Shown: positions 9,624 through 20,286, counted from the first letter of the stretch. The stretch is DNA of 64,000 bases from Polyangiaceae bacterium (GCA_965222375.1 CBDCTZ010000016.1:1472001-1536000); one strand, 5' to 3'. Made by a program: numbers and translations. Notes: generated from the sequence alone by a model not told the origin.

Positions 9624-10415
9624 CTATTGCAGGACTCGATCCTCGACTTCCTTCAGCGGTGGACGTTTCTCCAGGAGCTCGATCGCCGTGGCTCGCAGGG
9701 TTTGAGAGGTATCAGCGCTCTTGAGCACCTCCGTTAGCTCGGTGCGCAGGCATACCGAGAGCAACGGCATTGCGATCCCCGGCGGGGAACCCGGGTTGAG
9801 CATGATCGCGAGTCGCACCCGCGCACGGCTCAGCCAGCGCGGGTGTTTGGCGACTGTCAGGGTGACCTCGAGGCGGGCGGGCCTCCGGGCAACCAGGCGC
9901 ACGACGTCGTCTTCAACGAGTTTCGGGTTCATCAGCAGTTGGCTGATGACCATGGGATGAGGATCCGAGACCAGTTTGTCGAAGGCACGGCGATCCGGGC
10001 GTCGAGCCAGGCTCTTGCGTTCCCCAAGGGTCAACTCCCTTCCGACGCCGTAGTCTGGGATTGGAAGATCCCTGGCTGGCCGATCGACCAGGACTGGGGG
10101 TGGGCCGAGCCGGAGCAATCGCTCTAACGCCAAAAGGCGTCGCCCGGCGGCTTCCTCCCGCAGGCGACGGATGAGTGGCCAATCACTGCGCGACGCGACG
10201 AGCATGGCGACCACCAGGAGCGCCTCCCGAGCGTCCGGATCCGAGCGCTCGTTCTCCTCGCACAACTCATTGAGCAGCAGCGCTGCCTCCGCCGGCGACC
10301 AACGGGACAGTTGCTCCTCCAGCCACCCCAAGCGCAGTGGGATTTCGGCCAGCGAGAGCAAAGTGCGTTTGAGCGGTGACACCCTCAAACAGAGCTTACC
10401 ACGCCGTTTTTTCAT
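9624..10415 (-). CDS. Hypothetical protein (helical, leucine-rich-variant-like)
   Basis: LTLGERKSLARR...DPHPMVISQLLMNPKL...VRLAIMLNP; start uncertain. Confidence 0.65.
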   Translation of the reverse strand: MKKRRGKLCLRVSPLKRTLLSLAEIPLRLGWLEEQLSRWSPAEAALLLNELCEENERSDPDAREALLVVAMLVASRSDWPLIRRLREEAAGRRLLALERLLRLGPPPVLVDRPARDLPIPDYGVGRELTLGERKSLARRPDRRAFDKLVSDPHPMVISQLLMNPKLVEDDVVRLVARRPARLEVTLTVAKHPRWLSRARVRLAIMLNPGSPPGIAMPLLSVCLRTELTEVLKSADTSQTLRATAIELLEKRPPLKEVEDRVLQ

Positions 10416-10451
10416 GGCGAGACCTGCGAGGCCCTCATTGCATGGGACAAA

Positions 10452-13319
10452 TTGGACACACGCGGTAGGCTTGCAGCCTTGGATTTCAGCCCCCTTCTCC
10501 AGCGCCTAGCAGCGGTTTCTCGCGCCAACGTTTCCACGTCGACGCGACAGCTTCTATTTGCGTTGCTCCTGCTGACGGTCTTCGGCGGGGCGCATCTAGC
10601 GCGGATTGGCACACCGGCTACTCGCCTTGGATTTGGGCTCGGGTTGGTGGTGGTGTTTTTGCTCTTCGCTGCCTATGCCTGGCGCGAGCGTCGGGATTGG
10701 AGGCAGACCAAACGCGCTCTATCCCGGGTGGTCTGGGGCACGGACCGGGTCGCGGGAGAGCGCGCCCTCAGGGCACTGTCACTCCTCGCCCGAGCTCAAG
10801 AGGACGATTCGGTCGGCTCTGCGGAACTGGCACGGCTCCACTTCGACCGCAGCCTGGCGAAAATCTCTGTGGAAAGTGTGACGCGGGCGTCCCGTCGCCT
10901 TGGAGCACGCTACCGATGGGCCACCTTTGGCGTAGTCGTGATCGCTCTCGCCGCTCTCGTGGTCGGGCCGCTGCGGGTCATCGAGGGACTGAATGTGTCT
11001 CTCGCCCGCGATGGTCGCGCCCTGGTCCCGATGCCATGGCTCGATGAGGTACGAGTGCGGGCTCAGCCCCCGTCCTATTTGCGCATTCCGGAGCGTTCGG
11101 TACTACCCGGTCTACGCAATCGCTTGCCGGTGGGAACGGTTTTGACAGTTCGCGGTGTGCCGGTCCACGACGGACGCACTCTCGTGTTGACGGATGGTGA
11201 GACCGAGGTGGGCTTCACTGACGACGGTTCTGGGGGTGTTGTGGCGCGTTGGGATCTTGCCGCTAGTGCGGATCTCGTTATCGCTGCGCGCTTCGGAGAG
11301 GTCTTGGTGGAGGACCCAACACCGTTGCAGGTCATCGCCGTTTCCGACGAGGCTCCAATCGTCATCGTGGAAGAGGCGCCCAAGACGATCAAGCTGAGCG
11401 ACGTCAGTCGCGTCGAGATCCGTTATCAGGCGCTGGACGATCACGGCCTGCGCCAAGTGGACTTGGTGATGCGAGCCGGTGGCCGAGAAGAGCGACGTGT
11501 TCTGCTGCGGCTGGATGGAACGAGTACCGTGGAGCGGGGCGGTCACGCGTTGAGCACTCGAGATCCATGGCTCAGGCGGATGTTCCTACCGATCATCGTC
11601 ACCGTCGAAGCCCGTGACGACGACCCGACCTCCAGCAGCAAGTGGGGTAGCAGCGAACCCATTACCTTGTTGCCACCTGCCGTGGGTGCACCGGAAGCGA
11701 GTCGATACCGAGCGCTGCGCGCGGCCCGCAACAAGATCGTGGACCTGCTGGCCTTTCAGATGGAAAAGAAAGGGGACCACAAGCCCAAGGACCGTGCCGC
11801 CAGAGAGCGAAAGCTCACCCAGTCGGCCATCGCTAGCATGAAACAGGCAGTCGAGAGCGTCTATGGGGGGGCGGCGGTGCCCAGCGGGTTGAGCGCCTAC
11901 TTGCTAGGACAGATGCGGATTCTTCGACGCGGGCCACGGGCGGGTGAGTCCGTCACCCGAAAGACCGAGGACGTTTTGCTGGCCGTCGAGGTCGCCCTGT
12001 CGCGCCTCGGGAGCCGAGATGCGACTACCGTTGCCAAACGCCTGAGCGGTGTTGCCGAAGAAGCTGCCGGTGCAGCCAAGCAAGCGCGAGAAACGGAGCA
12101 AAGCAAGCTGGGGTTGGCGCGACTCGACTCCGCGTTGGTTGCCCTCGAGGTCGGGGCCGGCAACTTGTCCGCATTGGGCGCGTTGGGGCGCGACGTGGGG
12201 AGTGTAGCGATCGCGGACTTGGGTCGAATTCGACGCTCGCGCAAGCAGGACGACATGTTCCACGCGGAGCTCGCCGCGAAGCATCTGGCGGCGCGCCTCG
12301 CCCGCCCAAACCCGTCCTTTGGGAGTGCCCGACGCGGCGGAGTGGAGTCTGGCGCTCCGGGCATGCCGGCCCCGAGCAGTGGCGACGTCTCCGGAGCCGA
12401 CAAGCGCTTCGACCAGCTGGCTGGTGAACTCAAGGAGCTGGCTCGGGAGCATGCGCGCGAAATCGAGAGCGTCGAGCAATCGATCAGCAAAGCCGAACAA
12501 GACGTCAGCACGTCGGACCTGGAGGAGGAGGCTCGAAAACGAGCGGCGAGGCTACGTGAGGCCCTGAGTGGGCTTCCTCGTTCCGGTAACGAACCCGGCT
12601 CCGCACGAGCTTCCGCCTCGCTGGGAAGGGAGCACGCGGGCTCCATGGCCCAGTCCCTCGAACGGCTTCGTTTGGCGGAGGCCGTACAGAGCGGAAAAGA
12701 TGCCGTAAGCGCTCTATCCGATGCGGTTCGTCGCGCCAAGAACCCAAAGAGTCCGGCGGATTGGTTGGACGAAGATTCGCTCCGCGAGGCTCGTCAGCAC
12801 ATCGAAGCCGAACTCGCTTGGGCGCAGAAGCAGCTCGACCGTGTTCGTGGGCAGGCCCAGGAGAAGGCTCGCGGTGAGTTGGGCAAGTCTGGAAAGCGTG
12901 AGCAAGAGCTCTCGCGTCGCGCGGGCAACTTGGCCGCCCGGGGAAAGAGTGGCGAAACCGCGTTGCCTTCGGATGCTCTGGATGCTCTTGAACGCGCCGA
13001 GCAGCTGATGCGCGAGGCCGCGCGTGAGCTCGCGGCTGGCAAAGGGGACCGCGCGCTCGAGCTACAACGCCAGGCCCAGCGGTTGCTGGAGCAATCAGAC
13101 CGTGGGCAAACCACTGACCCCGACGACGCTCAGAAAGCGCCGTCGAATCCAAGGGGCAAGGGTTCGCGCGGTATTCGCACTGGCGGAGAGGTGCCGGACA
13201 AGGATGAGGGTCAACGGGCCGAAGAATTCAGGCGTCGTGTCCTTCGGGGGCTCTCCAAGCCAGGGGATCCGCGACTGTCGCCAGCGGTGCGACGTTACGC
13301 GGAGGGGCTCCTACAATGA
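10452..13319 (+). CDS. DUF4175-like membrane protein with coiled-coil C-terminus
   Basis: N-terminal TMs, PPSY, YQALDDHGL, VEARDDD, coiled coils, C-terminal VRRYAEGLL; start uncertain. Confidence 0.7.
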   Translation: MDTRGRLAALDFSPLLQRLAAVSRANVSTSTRQLLFALLLLTVFGGAHLARIGTPATRLGFGLGLVVVFLLFAAYAWRERRDWRQTKRALSRVVWGTDRVAGERALRALSLLARAQEDDSVGSAELARLHFDRSLAKISVESVTRASRRLGARYRWATFGVVVIALAALVVGPLRVIEGLNVSLARDGRALVPMPWLDEVRVRAQPPSYLRIPERSVLPGLRNRLPVGTVLTVRGVPVHDGRTLVLTDGETEVGFTDDGSGGVVARWDLAASADLVIAARFGEVLVEDPTPLQVIAVSDEAPIVIVEEAPKTIKLSDVSRVEIRYQALDDHGLRQVDLVMRAGGREERRVLLRLDGTSTVERGGHALSTRDPWLRRMFLPIIVTVEARDDDPTSSSKWGSSEPITLLPPAVGAPEASRYRALRAARNKIVDLLAFQMEKKGDHKPKDRAARERKLTQSAIASMKQAVESVYGGAAVPSGLSAYLLGQMRILRRGPRAGESVTRKTEDVLLAVEVALSRLGSRDATTVAKRLSGVAEEAAGAAKQARETEQSKLGLARLDSALVALEVGAGNLSALGALGRDVGSVAIADLGRIRRSRKQDDMFHAELAAKHLAARLARPNPSFGSARRGGVESGAPGMPAPSSGDVSGADKRFDQLAGELKELAREHAREIESVEQSISKAEQDVSTSDLEEEARKRAARLREALSGLPRSGNEPGSARASASLGREHAGSMAQSLERLRLAEAVQSGKDAVSALSDAVRRAKNPKSPADWLDEDSLREARQHIEAELAWAQKQLDRVRGQAQEKARGELGKSGKREQELSRRAGNLAARGKSGETALPSDALDALERAEQLMREAARELAAGKGDRALELQRQAQRLLEQSDRGQTTDPDDAQKAPSNPRGKGSRGIRTGGEVPDKDEGQRAEEFRRRVLRGLSKPGDPRLSPAVRRYAEGLLQ

Positions 13320-14875
13320 TGCGGCCTGGTTTCGCCTTCTCGGGTCTGCGCGTGTTGTTCACGGCCATCGTAGTGTTGCTCCTGGCGTCTCGATCTGGGC
13401 AGGCAGCTCCGAGCGTCCAGGCAATCGCCAACGCCATCACGGAGCTGGATGTCGAGCGCGCCAAAAAGATGCTCACGGAGGTTACGGTCGAGTCTTCGGG
13501 GCTGTCCTTTGAACGTGCGCGCCTCGCGATCTACCTGGGAGATTGCGATACCGCGGCCGCAATCCTCTCCGCGCCGGCCCTGAGCGGGTCGCCGGAAGGC
13601 CAAGCCTTGGGGGATCTGGCCCGCCGCTGTGCTGGTGCGACTGCCGGGTCCGTAGTGATTCACGACAAGAAAAACGGACTGTGGATCCGGCTGCAAGATG
13701 CCGAGGACAAAGTCCTCGTGCCATTCATTACGCGGTCGGCGGTACAGGCCCGAAAGCGAATCGGCAAAGACCTTGGTGTCAAGCTGCCGCGACCACTGCG
13801 TATAGACTTGGTGCGTGATCTGTTTTCACTTTCTGCCGTATCCGGGTTGCCAGTGGACGCGGCCGAGACCACGGGTACGGTTGCCGTCGCGCGCTGGGGC
13901 CGCGTCACGATGATCAGTCCGCGCGCAACGGTGCTGGGTTACCCTTGGGAAGACACACTTGCGCACGAGATCACGCATCTCATGCTGTCCCGGGCGACTC
14001 GAGATCGTGCTCCCCTGTGGCTGCAGGAGGGCATTGCAAAGCGTGAAGAAACTCGTTGGCGGGACAAGCGACTCTTCGACGATGGATACGATCCCACCGC
14101 GGTTGCCCGAACAGCTCTCTCCGCTGGCCGCTCGGTTGGGATCGACAAGCTGGGCCCCTCCATTGCCATGCTGCCAACGCCCGAGGCGGCGTCTACCGCC
14201 TTCGCCGAGGTCACCAGCTTCATGAACTTTTGGATCAAGATGAATGGTGCGCCGGCGCTGGCCTTGCTTCTCATCGACCTCAAGGGGTTGGGAGATGAGG
14301 ACGCAAGCGCCGCGATGCGTAGCGTCACGGGCTATGACCTGGCCACTTGGAACCGGCGTTGGCAGAAGTACCTCCGGGATCTTCCAGCCCTGCCTCCGGA
14401 CGCCAAGGTCCCTGACGTGCCCAAAGATTTGGCTCGACTCGTCCGGCTGGGGGACCTGGCCTACTCTCGGGGTCACCTCCGGGCGGCCGGGATTCAGCAC
14501 GATCGGGCTGTTGGCCGGCTTCCCATCGAGGCCTCCCTCCGCTTTCGAGCAGCGCGAGCCTGGCACGGCGTCGGACAGCCCTACCAAGCCCGTGAGGGCC
14601 TGGGTACGGCCGGTGATGTGCGAGGCGCCCACGGCGGCTGGCTAGCGCTCCACGGCCGTGGGCTGGCACCAAAGGAGCCGGAAAAGGCGAATTCAGCCTT
14701 TGATGCAGCCCTCGGGCTCGATCCCCTATCTGAGTGGGTGGCCTGCCAGGGCCGGGGCCGGCGGCCGGCGGCACCAGGGCAAAAACCCCGCCCGGCGCCC
14801 CCGAAGCCCGAGGATCCCGCCTGGGAGGCCTTATGTGCGAGCGTACGAAAACCCACTGAGAAATTGACCCTTTAG
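13316..14875 (+). CDS. Secreted peptidase MA-like zinc metallohydrolase with TPR-like helices
   Basis: Signal peptide; LAHEITH...PLWLQEGIA motif; ATGA overlap with upstream gene. Confidence 0.8.
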   Translation: MMRPGFAFSGLRVLFTAIVVLLLASRSGQAAPSVQAIANAITELDVERAKKMLTEVTVESSGLSFERARLAIYLGDCDTAAAILSAPALSGSPEGQALGDLARRCAGATAGSVVIHDKKNGLWIRLQDAEDKVLVPFITRSAVQARKRIGKDLGVKLPRPLRIDLVRDLFSLSAVSGLPVDAAETTGTVAVARWGRVTMISPRATVLGYPWEDTLAHEITHLMLSRATRDRAPLWLQEGIAKREETRWRDKRLFDDGYDPTAVARTALSAGRSVGIDKLGPSIAMLPTPEAASTAFAEVTSFMNFWIKMNGAPALALLLIDLKGLGDEDASAAMRSVTGYDLATWNRRWQKYLRDLPALPPDAKVPDVPKDLARLVRLGDLAYSRGHLRAAGIQHDRAVGRLPIEASLRFRAARAWHGVGQPYQAREGLGTAGDVRGAHGGWLALHGRGLAPKEPEKANSAFDAALGLDPLSEWVACQGRGRRPAAPGQKPRPAPPKPEDPAWEALCASVRKPTEKLTL

Positions 14876-14928
14876 GGCCAGCCGCCTACCATCAATCGCC
14901 CGACTTGCGGCCAATTTCGAGACGTCCG

Positions 14929-15753
14929 GTGAGTGTTGCCACCTTCGCTGCCGCTCAGCTTCTACGCGCTTTGCCGCGGGTTCGATTGAGCCACGCTGTG
15001 GGGAAGCTTTGTGATCTGGAGCTTTCGCCGGCCGTCTCTCATACGGTCGAGTCGGTGTATTCGCGGATCTACGATGTCAACCAGGGAGAAGTTGCGCCAC
15101 GGCGGGGGCCCTACGCCAGCTTCGACCAGTTCTTCACCCGGCCCCTGCGGCCCGGCGCGCGACCCATCAGCGAGGACGCCGTTGTCAGCCCCGCGGATGG
15201 TCGCCTGGAGTCCACTGGCCCGATTGAGCCATCCGGGCGGATCTTCGTGAAGGGCAAACCGTACGAGGTGAGCGAACTCGTTGGCAGCGCCCGCGAGGCA
15301 GCTGCCTTTGCGGGTGGTGGCTTCGCGGTCGTCTATCTGTCGCCACGTGACTACCATCGTGTCCACAGCTGCGTTGACGGCAGCATCTCGCTAGTGCGCG
15401 GCATTCCCGGCGATCTGTACCCGGTCAACGCTATCGGGTTGCGGCACATTCCGCGGCTCTTCGTGCGCAACAATCGAGTTGTGATCTACATTGATACGCC
15501 GGGCCTCGGGCGGGTCGCGCTGATCATGGTCGGCGCAGTCATCGTGGGCCGTATCAGTGTTGGCCTGGTACCGGGTCCCTTCGTACCTGCTGGCGACCAT
15601 GTCATCTCGCCGCCGGCCAGCGTCGCTCGAGGCGACGAAGTCGGCAAGTTCCACCTTGGCTCCACCGCAGTGTTACTCGTTGAGCCCGGAATTCAGTTTG
15701 CACGCGACCCCGGGCCCGTCTTGTACGGCCAGTCGCTTCTCAGGGCGGCATGA
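14929..15753 (+). CDS. psd: Phosphatidylserine decarboxylase proenzyme
   Basis: FFTRPLRPGARPI, SPADG, YLSPRDYHRVH, FHLGST autocleavage motif. Confidence 0.93.
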   Translation: MSVATFAAAQLLRALPRVRLSHAVGKLCDLELSPAVSHTVESVYSRIYDVNQGEVAPRRGPYASFDQFFTRPLRPGARPISEDAVVSPADGRLESTGPIEPSGRIFVKGKPYEVSELVGSAREAAAFAGGGFAVVYLSPRDYHRVHSCVDGSISLVRGIPGDLYPVNAIGLRHIPRLFVRNNRVVIYIDTPGLGRVALIMVGAVIVGRISVGLVPGPFVPAGDHVISPPASVARGDEVGKFHLGSTAVLLVEPGIQFARDPGPVLYGQSLLRAA

Positions 15754-17843
15754 GTGACGACAACGACCTGAGTGACGAGGCGCCCCCGGAAATCCCGGAT
15801 ATTTCCTCGGATCCGCCCCCGGCGCCATCGGTGCCACCGGCGGCGTCTCAGTCTCCGGATGACGGCGCGCCAAGCGATCTACCGCCGGATAGTGAGCCAG
15901 ATCCTTTCGACATCGAGGTCGAAGAAGAGGAAGTCGAGGTTCACGTAGCGGAACCCGTGGAAGTGGTTGCCGACAAGCCGGTCAGTAAGCCTCCACCCCG
16001 GCGTAAGCGCGGAAAGCGCAATACCATCCCGCAGACCCCCGTCGCCCGCGCGAGTGTGCGGCCGCCCGAGCCCATTGAGGAATTGACACCGGACTCCTTG
16101 AAGCCTCCGAAGGCGCCACGCATTGACGTTCCCGACGAGCCCGCACCGAGCGCCCAGGCGCCGCCATCTGCTCCACCCCGCGCTGGCTCGGAGCCCCCTC
16201 GACCCGGTTCGGTGCCACCACGTCCAGTCTCGGCTCCGCCGCGCCCGCTCTCGAATCCTCCGCTGGCACCCTCACAGCCCCCGGTGGCCAAGTCGGAACC
16301 ACCTGTCGCCAAGTCGGAACTGCGCAAGGTGTCAGAGCCCCCGCCAACCACCAAGCTGCCATCGGCCGCAAAAGGTGAAGACGACGAAGAGTCCCCGTGG
16401 CCGCCGCTGACCCAGGACGACGTCGAACGAGGCCTCGCGGAGCGCGCTGCTGCCAAGTCCGGTTCCCAGCCCCCACAGGCAGATGCCGCGGCCACTGACG
16501 ACGACGAAGAGTCGCCACCCTCCGCGGCGACGTCGTACCCGCCGCCGCCCATGCAGGAGACGCCCGAGCCTCGTGCCCGCCCGGTGAAAGCCGCGAGGAT
16601 CATCCACGCTAGGAAAGACGGCACGCCGGCTGCAATGGAAGAGCGCCCGCCGGTGACCGCAGAATCAGCCCCAGGGGGGGCGGATACCGGTTCTTTGGCG
16701 GATACGCCTGTGGAGACCCCCGCGGTGACCGTTCCACTCCCCGGGGCATCGGGCGCGCCACCCGTGGCGGCCCCGGCGACTCCGCAGGAACTTGAAGGCG
16801 CCGAGGAACTCACAGACGACGACATCGCCCCCGAGTCGGACGAGACGCCTCAAGAGGATGCTCTCGAGCTGCGCGATTCCGACGTCGGTGAAGAGCCGGA
16901 CGACGAGCACGACGACATCGACGTCGTCGTAGAGGAGCCCCAGAGGGAATCTGCGGACGACGGCGGAGCGAAGCCGCCACCACCGCCCAGGCGAAGTGCC
17001 TTCGAAGAAGCGCGCCGACTCGCCCAGCAGAAGGCAGAAGCCCGTCGTGCGGCGGAGGAAGCCAAACGGGCGGCTGCAGCTGCGGATCAGAAGCGACCGA
17101 GGCGCGCTTGGTGGGAGGAGTTGTTCGGCGAGGACTTCGCTCGGGCCGCCGGCACGCTGACGGATTCGCAGGTCACTCGCGAAGCGGACTTCATCGAGGA
17201 GTCATTGGGCATTGCTAAAGGCGGTGTGGTCCTCGATCTGGGTTGTGGTGCCGGCTACCACGCAGTGGACCTGGCACGCCGAGGTTATGGGCTTGTAGGA
17301 TACGATCTGTCACTGCACCAGCTGGCACTGGCGGCCGACGTGGCCCAGCAGTCTGGAGAGAAGTTGAATCTGCTCCAGGGTGACATGCGAGAGATGGCCT
17401 TCGAGGAGATGTTCGACGGTATCTACTGCTGGAACACGAGTTTCGGCTACTTCGAAGAGGACAAGAACTACAACGTCGCCGAGCGCATATTCCGCGCGTT
17501 GCGCCCGGGCGGCATGTTCTTGCTCGATGTTGCGAATCGAGACTTCGTCGTCGCGCATCAGCCGGGTCAAACGTGGTTCGAAGGCGACGCTTGCGTGTGC
17601 ATGGACGACATGAATGTTGACTTCATCACGAGTCGCCTTCGCGTCAAGCGGTCTCTCATTTTGGATGATGGTCGCAGTATGGAGTGCAACTACTCCATCC
17701 GACTCTATGGCCTCCACGAACTCGGGAAGATCCTTCACGATGTCGGCTTCCGGGTCACCGAGGCAAGCGGTCACCCGTCGACACCCGGTGTCTTTTTTGG
17801 GGCTAGCTCGCCGCGGATCATCATACTGGCGCAACGGCCCTAG
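15750..17843 (+). CDS. Class I SAM-dependent methyltransferase with long Pro/acidic low-complexity N-terminus
   Basis: VLDLGCGAGYH, QGDMRE, TSFGYF, LRPGGMFLLD in the last ~250 aa. Confidence 0.85.
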   Translation: MSDDNDLSDEAPPEIPDISSDPPPAPSVPPAASQSPDDGAPSDLPPDSEPDPFDIEVEEEEVEVHVAEPVEVVADKPVSKPPPRRKRGKRNTIPQTPVARASVRPPEPIEELTPDSLKPPKAPRIDVPDEPAPSAQAPPSAPPRAGSEPPRPGSVPPRPVSAPPRPLSNPPLAPSQPPVAKSEPPVAKSELRKVSEPPPTTKLPSAAKGEDDEESPWPPLTQDDVERGLAERAAAKSGSQPPQADAAATDDDEESPPSAATSYPPPPMQETPEPRARPVKAARIIHARKDGTPAAMEERPPVTAESAPGGADTGSLADTPVETPAVTVPLPGASGAPPVAAPATPQELEGAEELTDDDIAPESDETPQEDALELRDSDVGEEPDDEHDDIDVVVEEPQRESADDGGAKPPPPPRRSAFEEARRLAQQKAEARRAAEEAKRAAAAADQKRPRRAWWEELFGEDFARAAGTLTDSQVTREADFIEESLGIAKGGVVLDLGCGAGYHAVDLARRGYGLVGYDLSLHQLALAADVAQQSGEKLNLLQGDMREMAFEEMFDGIYCWNTSFGYFEEDKNYNVAERIFRALRPGGMFLLDVANRDFVVAHQPGQTWFEGDACVCMDDMNVDFITSRLRVKRSLILDDGRSMECNYSIRLYGLHELGKILHDVGFRVTEASGHPSTPGVFFGASSPRIIILAQRP

Positions 17844-17847
17844 GCCG

Positions 17848-18228
17848 CTATTCGCAGTAGACGCCGCCGGACTTCTCGCTACAGGCACATTGCGCGCCGA
17901 GGACCTTCGACAAGCACCGACAACTTGGCTGCGCTGCACACTCTGGTAGCCAGCCGCAAGCTGCGCCTCCCGCTGCTTTCTCGTCGCAGTAGAAGCCCTT
18001 CGGGCACATGCCCTCACCGCAGAGAAAACAGCTCCCGTCGTCGCAGCGGGGGGCTGGTGGGGCTGCTGAGCTTTCCTCGCTCGAAGTCTCGCTCTGCCCC
18101 GATTCGCCGTCAGAGCTGGGTGAGTCGGTTCCAGGCGTAGCGCCCGGCGTGCCCGTGGTGGCACCGCCGCAGGCGCCCACGCCAATTAGGCCGATTGCGA
18201 CTAGAAGCCTCGAGTCTCGCACGCACAA
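17848..18228 (-). CDS. Small Cys-rich lipoprotein
   Basis: Lipobox VGAC; ten Cys in the C-terminal half. Confidence 0.65.
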   Translation of the reverse strand: MCVRDSRLLVAIGLIGVGACGGATTGTPGATPGTDSPSSDGESGQSETSSEESSAAPPAPRCDDGSCFLCGEGMCPKGFYCDEKAAGGAACGWLPECAAQPSCRCLSKVLGAQCACSEKSGGVYCE

Positions 18229-18267
18229 AGGTATACGCCCCGCGCAGCGTTCGCTACAACCCCGATA

Positions 18268-20286
18268 GTGGATTTGCCCCGAGTGGTAGCGGACGCAGTG
18301 CCCGGCCTGCGGGTCAGCGCTAGTTTGCCGGATCGCGTGGCCTACGCCCGGGATCTTTGGCCGCGCAGGTTGATCGAGACTCGGGCAGGTCGAGTCGAGC
18401 GTCAGCCTAGCTGTGTCGTGTGGCCGCGTACTGTCGAATCCGTCGTGCGCCTGGTGAACTTTGCGCGGCAGGAAGGGATCCCGATCGTGCCCTACGGCGC
18501 GGGCAGCGGCGTATGCGGCGCCGTGTACCCGGACGATCGCACCATCGTGGTGGACGTCAAAGAAATGGCCGGGTTCAGCGTGGACCCAGAGGTGCCCCTA
18601 CTGGACGTCGGGGCGGGTGCCGTTGGCATCACTCTGGAAGAGGACGTCAACCGACAGGGGTTCACCATCGGGCATTTCCCTTCGAGCATCTTGTGTTCGA
18701 CGGCAGGTGGTTGGATCGCAGCGCGGGGCGCGGGGCAGTGCTCGGGGCTGTACGGCAAGATTGAGGACATGGTGGAGTCCGTCGAGTGCGTGCTCGGCAC
18801 CGGCGACGTCGTGACGTTTCAGCGGCGTCAGGATGGCCCCAACATGGTGCCCTTCATCGTCGGTAGTGAGGGCACCTTGGGCGTGATCACCCGCGCGCGC
18901 TTACGCCTGCACCCCCTGGCCAAGGCCCGGGCATTCTTGGCATTTTCGTTTCCGGATATCAGTTCCGGCTGGGAGGCGATGCGGGCGGTGTTTCAAGCCG
19001 GGCTCCGCCCGGCAGTGGCTCGGTTGTACGACCCGATCGATTCGGCACTGATGCGTCAGGGCACAGTGAAGGCGACCATGAGCGGCGCTGCGGAAGAAAA
19101 GCACGGCCCCAGCCAGACCGAGCGCCTGATGGGAGTGCTTAAACGGGCGCTCAAGGTGCCGAAGCTACTCAACTTCGCGATTCAGGCGGCCGAGGGCAAC
19201 CTGTTGCCTAGTGCGACCCTCGTATTCGTGTTCGAGGGCGAGGCGGAGCACACCGAAGATGACGCCGCCCGCACCACGGCGATCTGCAACAAGGCTGGTG
19301 CCAAGGCCCTGGGCGAAGGCCCAGCGCGGCGTTGGTACGAGCACCGCTATGGCGTCAGCTACCGCCAGTCCCCGGTGTTTCGGGCCGGTGCGTTCAGCGA
19401 CACGATGGAGGTCGCCGCGCCCTGGTCTCGTCTACATACCCTATATGACGCAGTCCGCGAGGCCCTCGGTCGGCACGTCTTGGTCATGGCGCATCTGTCC
19501 CATGCCTATCCTGACGGTTGCAGCATCTACTTCACGTTCTCCGGAATAGGTAGGGACGACGCGGACGCCCTCGCCAAGTACGACCGCGCTTGGCGCGCCG
19601 CTCTGGATGCGGCGATCGAGGCGGGAGGTACGCTGAGTCACCATCACGGTGTTGGGCGTAGCAAGGCACCCAAGCTGGGCGCAGAACTCGGCTACGGCGT
19701 CGAGCTGATCCGGCGCTTGATGCGTGCTTGGGACCCCTCGGGCATTTTCAATCCCGGCGCCCTGGCGGAGCGGGATGCATCGAGTCCCAAAACCATCGAG
19801 CCCCCCGGGCCGGTGCGGGCGCAGATCGACAGTCATTCGCTGACGGCGACGCTGCCCGGGGACATGCCCCTAGGGGTGGCGGAGGAGTTGGTTCAAGCCG
19901 AAGGCTTGTCTTTGGGAGTCGTTCTCGACGACCGCACCGATCTCGGGATTGGGGAGTTCGTCGCTCAGGGCATGCCTGGAGCCAGAGATCCCTGGGACGA
20001 CCCTGTCGACCAGTCCCTTTCGGGGCTCACAGCGCATCTGAACAACGGGCAGTACGTGTCGATTCGCTCGGCTCCCCGGCGCGCAGTGGGGCCCGATCTC
20101 ATTCCTCTGTTCGCGGGTGCCGGCGGCGAGATGGGCGTCGTGCAGGGGGCTACGCTACGCGTGGTTCCGAACCAAGCCGTCGCGTCCAGGGTGCTGCCCT
20201 TCGCGGCGGCCCGCAATCCCCAGTCCACGTCAGAAGAGCAGCAGGCTTGGGATCGCGTCGTGCGGGAAGTCAACGCGGCGACTTGA
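18268..20286 (+). CDS. FAD-linked oxidoreductase, alkyl-dihydroxyacetonephosphate synthase-like, with extra C-terminal FAD-binding-like domain
   Basis: PYGAGSGVCG, GHFPSS...STAGGWIAARGAGQ.S..YGKIED, GSEGTLGVIT, HLSHAY..G.SIYFTF, SHHHGVG. Confidence 0.82.
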   Translation: MDLPRVVADAVPGLRVSASLPDRVAYARDLWPRRLIETRAGRVERQPSCVVWPRTVESVVRLVNFARQEGIPIVPYGAGSGVCGAVYPDDRTIVVDVKEMAGFSVDPEVPLLDVGAGAVGITLEEDVNRQGFTIGHFPSSILCSTAGGWIAARGAGQCSGLYGKIEDMVESVECVLGTGDVVTFQRRQDGPNMVPFIVGSEGTLGVITRARLRLHPLAKARAFLAFSFPDISSGWEAMRAVFQAGLRPAVARLYDPIDSALMRQGTVKATMSGAAEEKHGPSQTERLMGVLKRALKVPKLLNFAIQAAEGNLLPSATLVFVFEGEAEHTEDDAARTTAICNKAGAKALGEGPARRWYEHRYGVSYRQSPVFRAGAFSDTMEVAAPWSRLHTLYDAVREALGRHVLVMAHLSHAYPDGCSIYFTFSGIGRDDADALAKYDRAWRAALDAAIEAGGTLSHHHGVGRSKAPKLGAELGYGVELIRRLMRAWDPSGIFNPGALAERDASSPKTIEPPGPVRAQIDSHSLTATLPGDMPLGVAEELVQAEGLSLGVVLDDRTDLGIGEFVAQGMPGARDPWDDPVDQSLSGLTAHLNNGQYVSIRSAPRRAVGPDLIPLFAGAGGEMGVVQGATLRVVPNQAVASRVLPFAAARNPQSTSEEQQAWDRVVREVNAAT

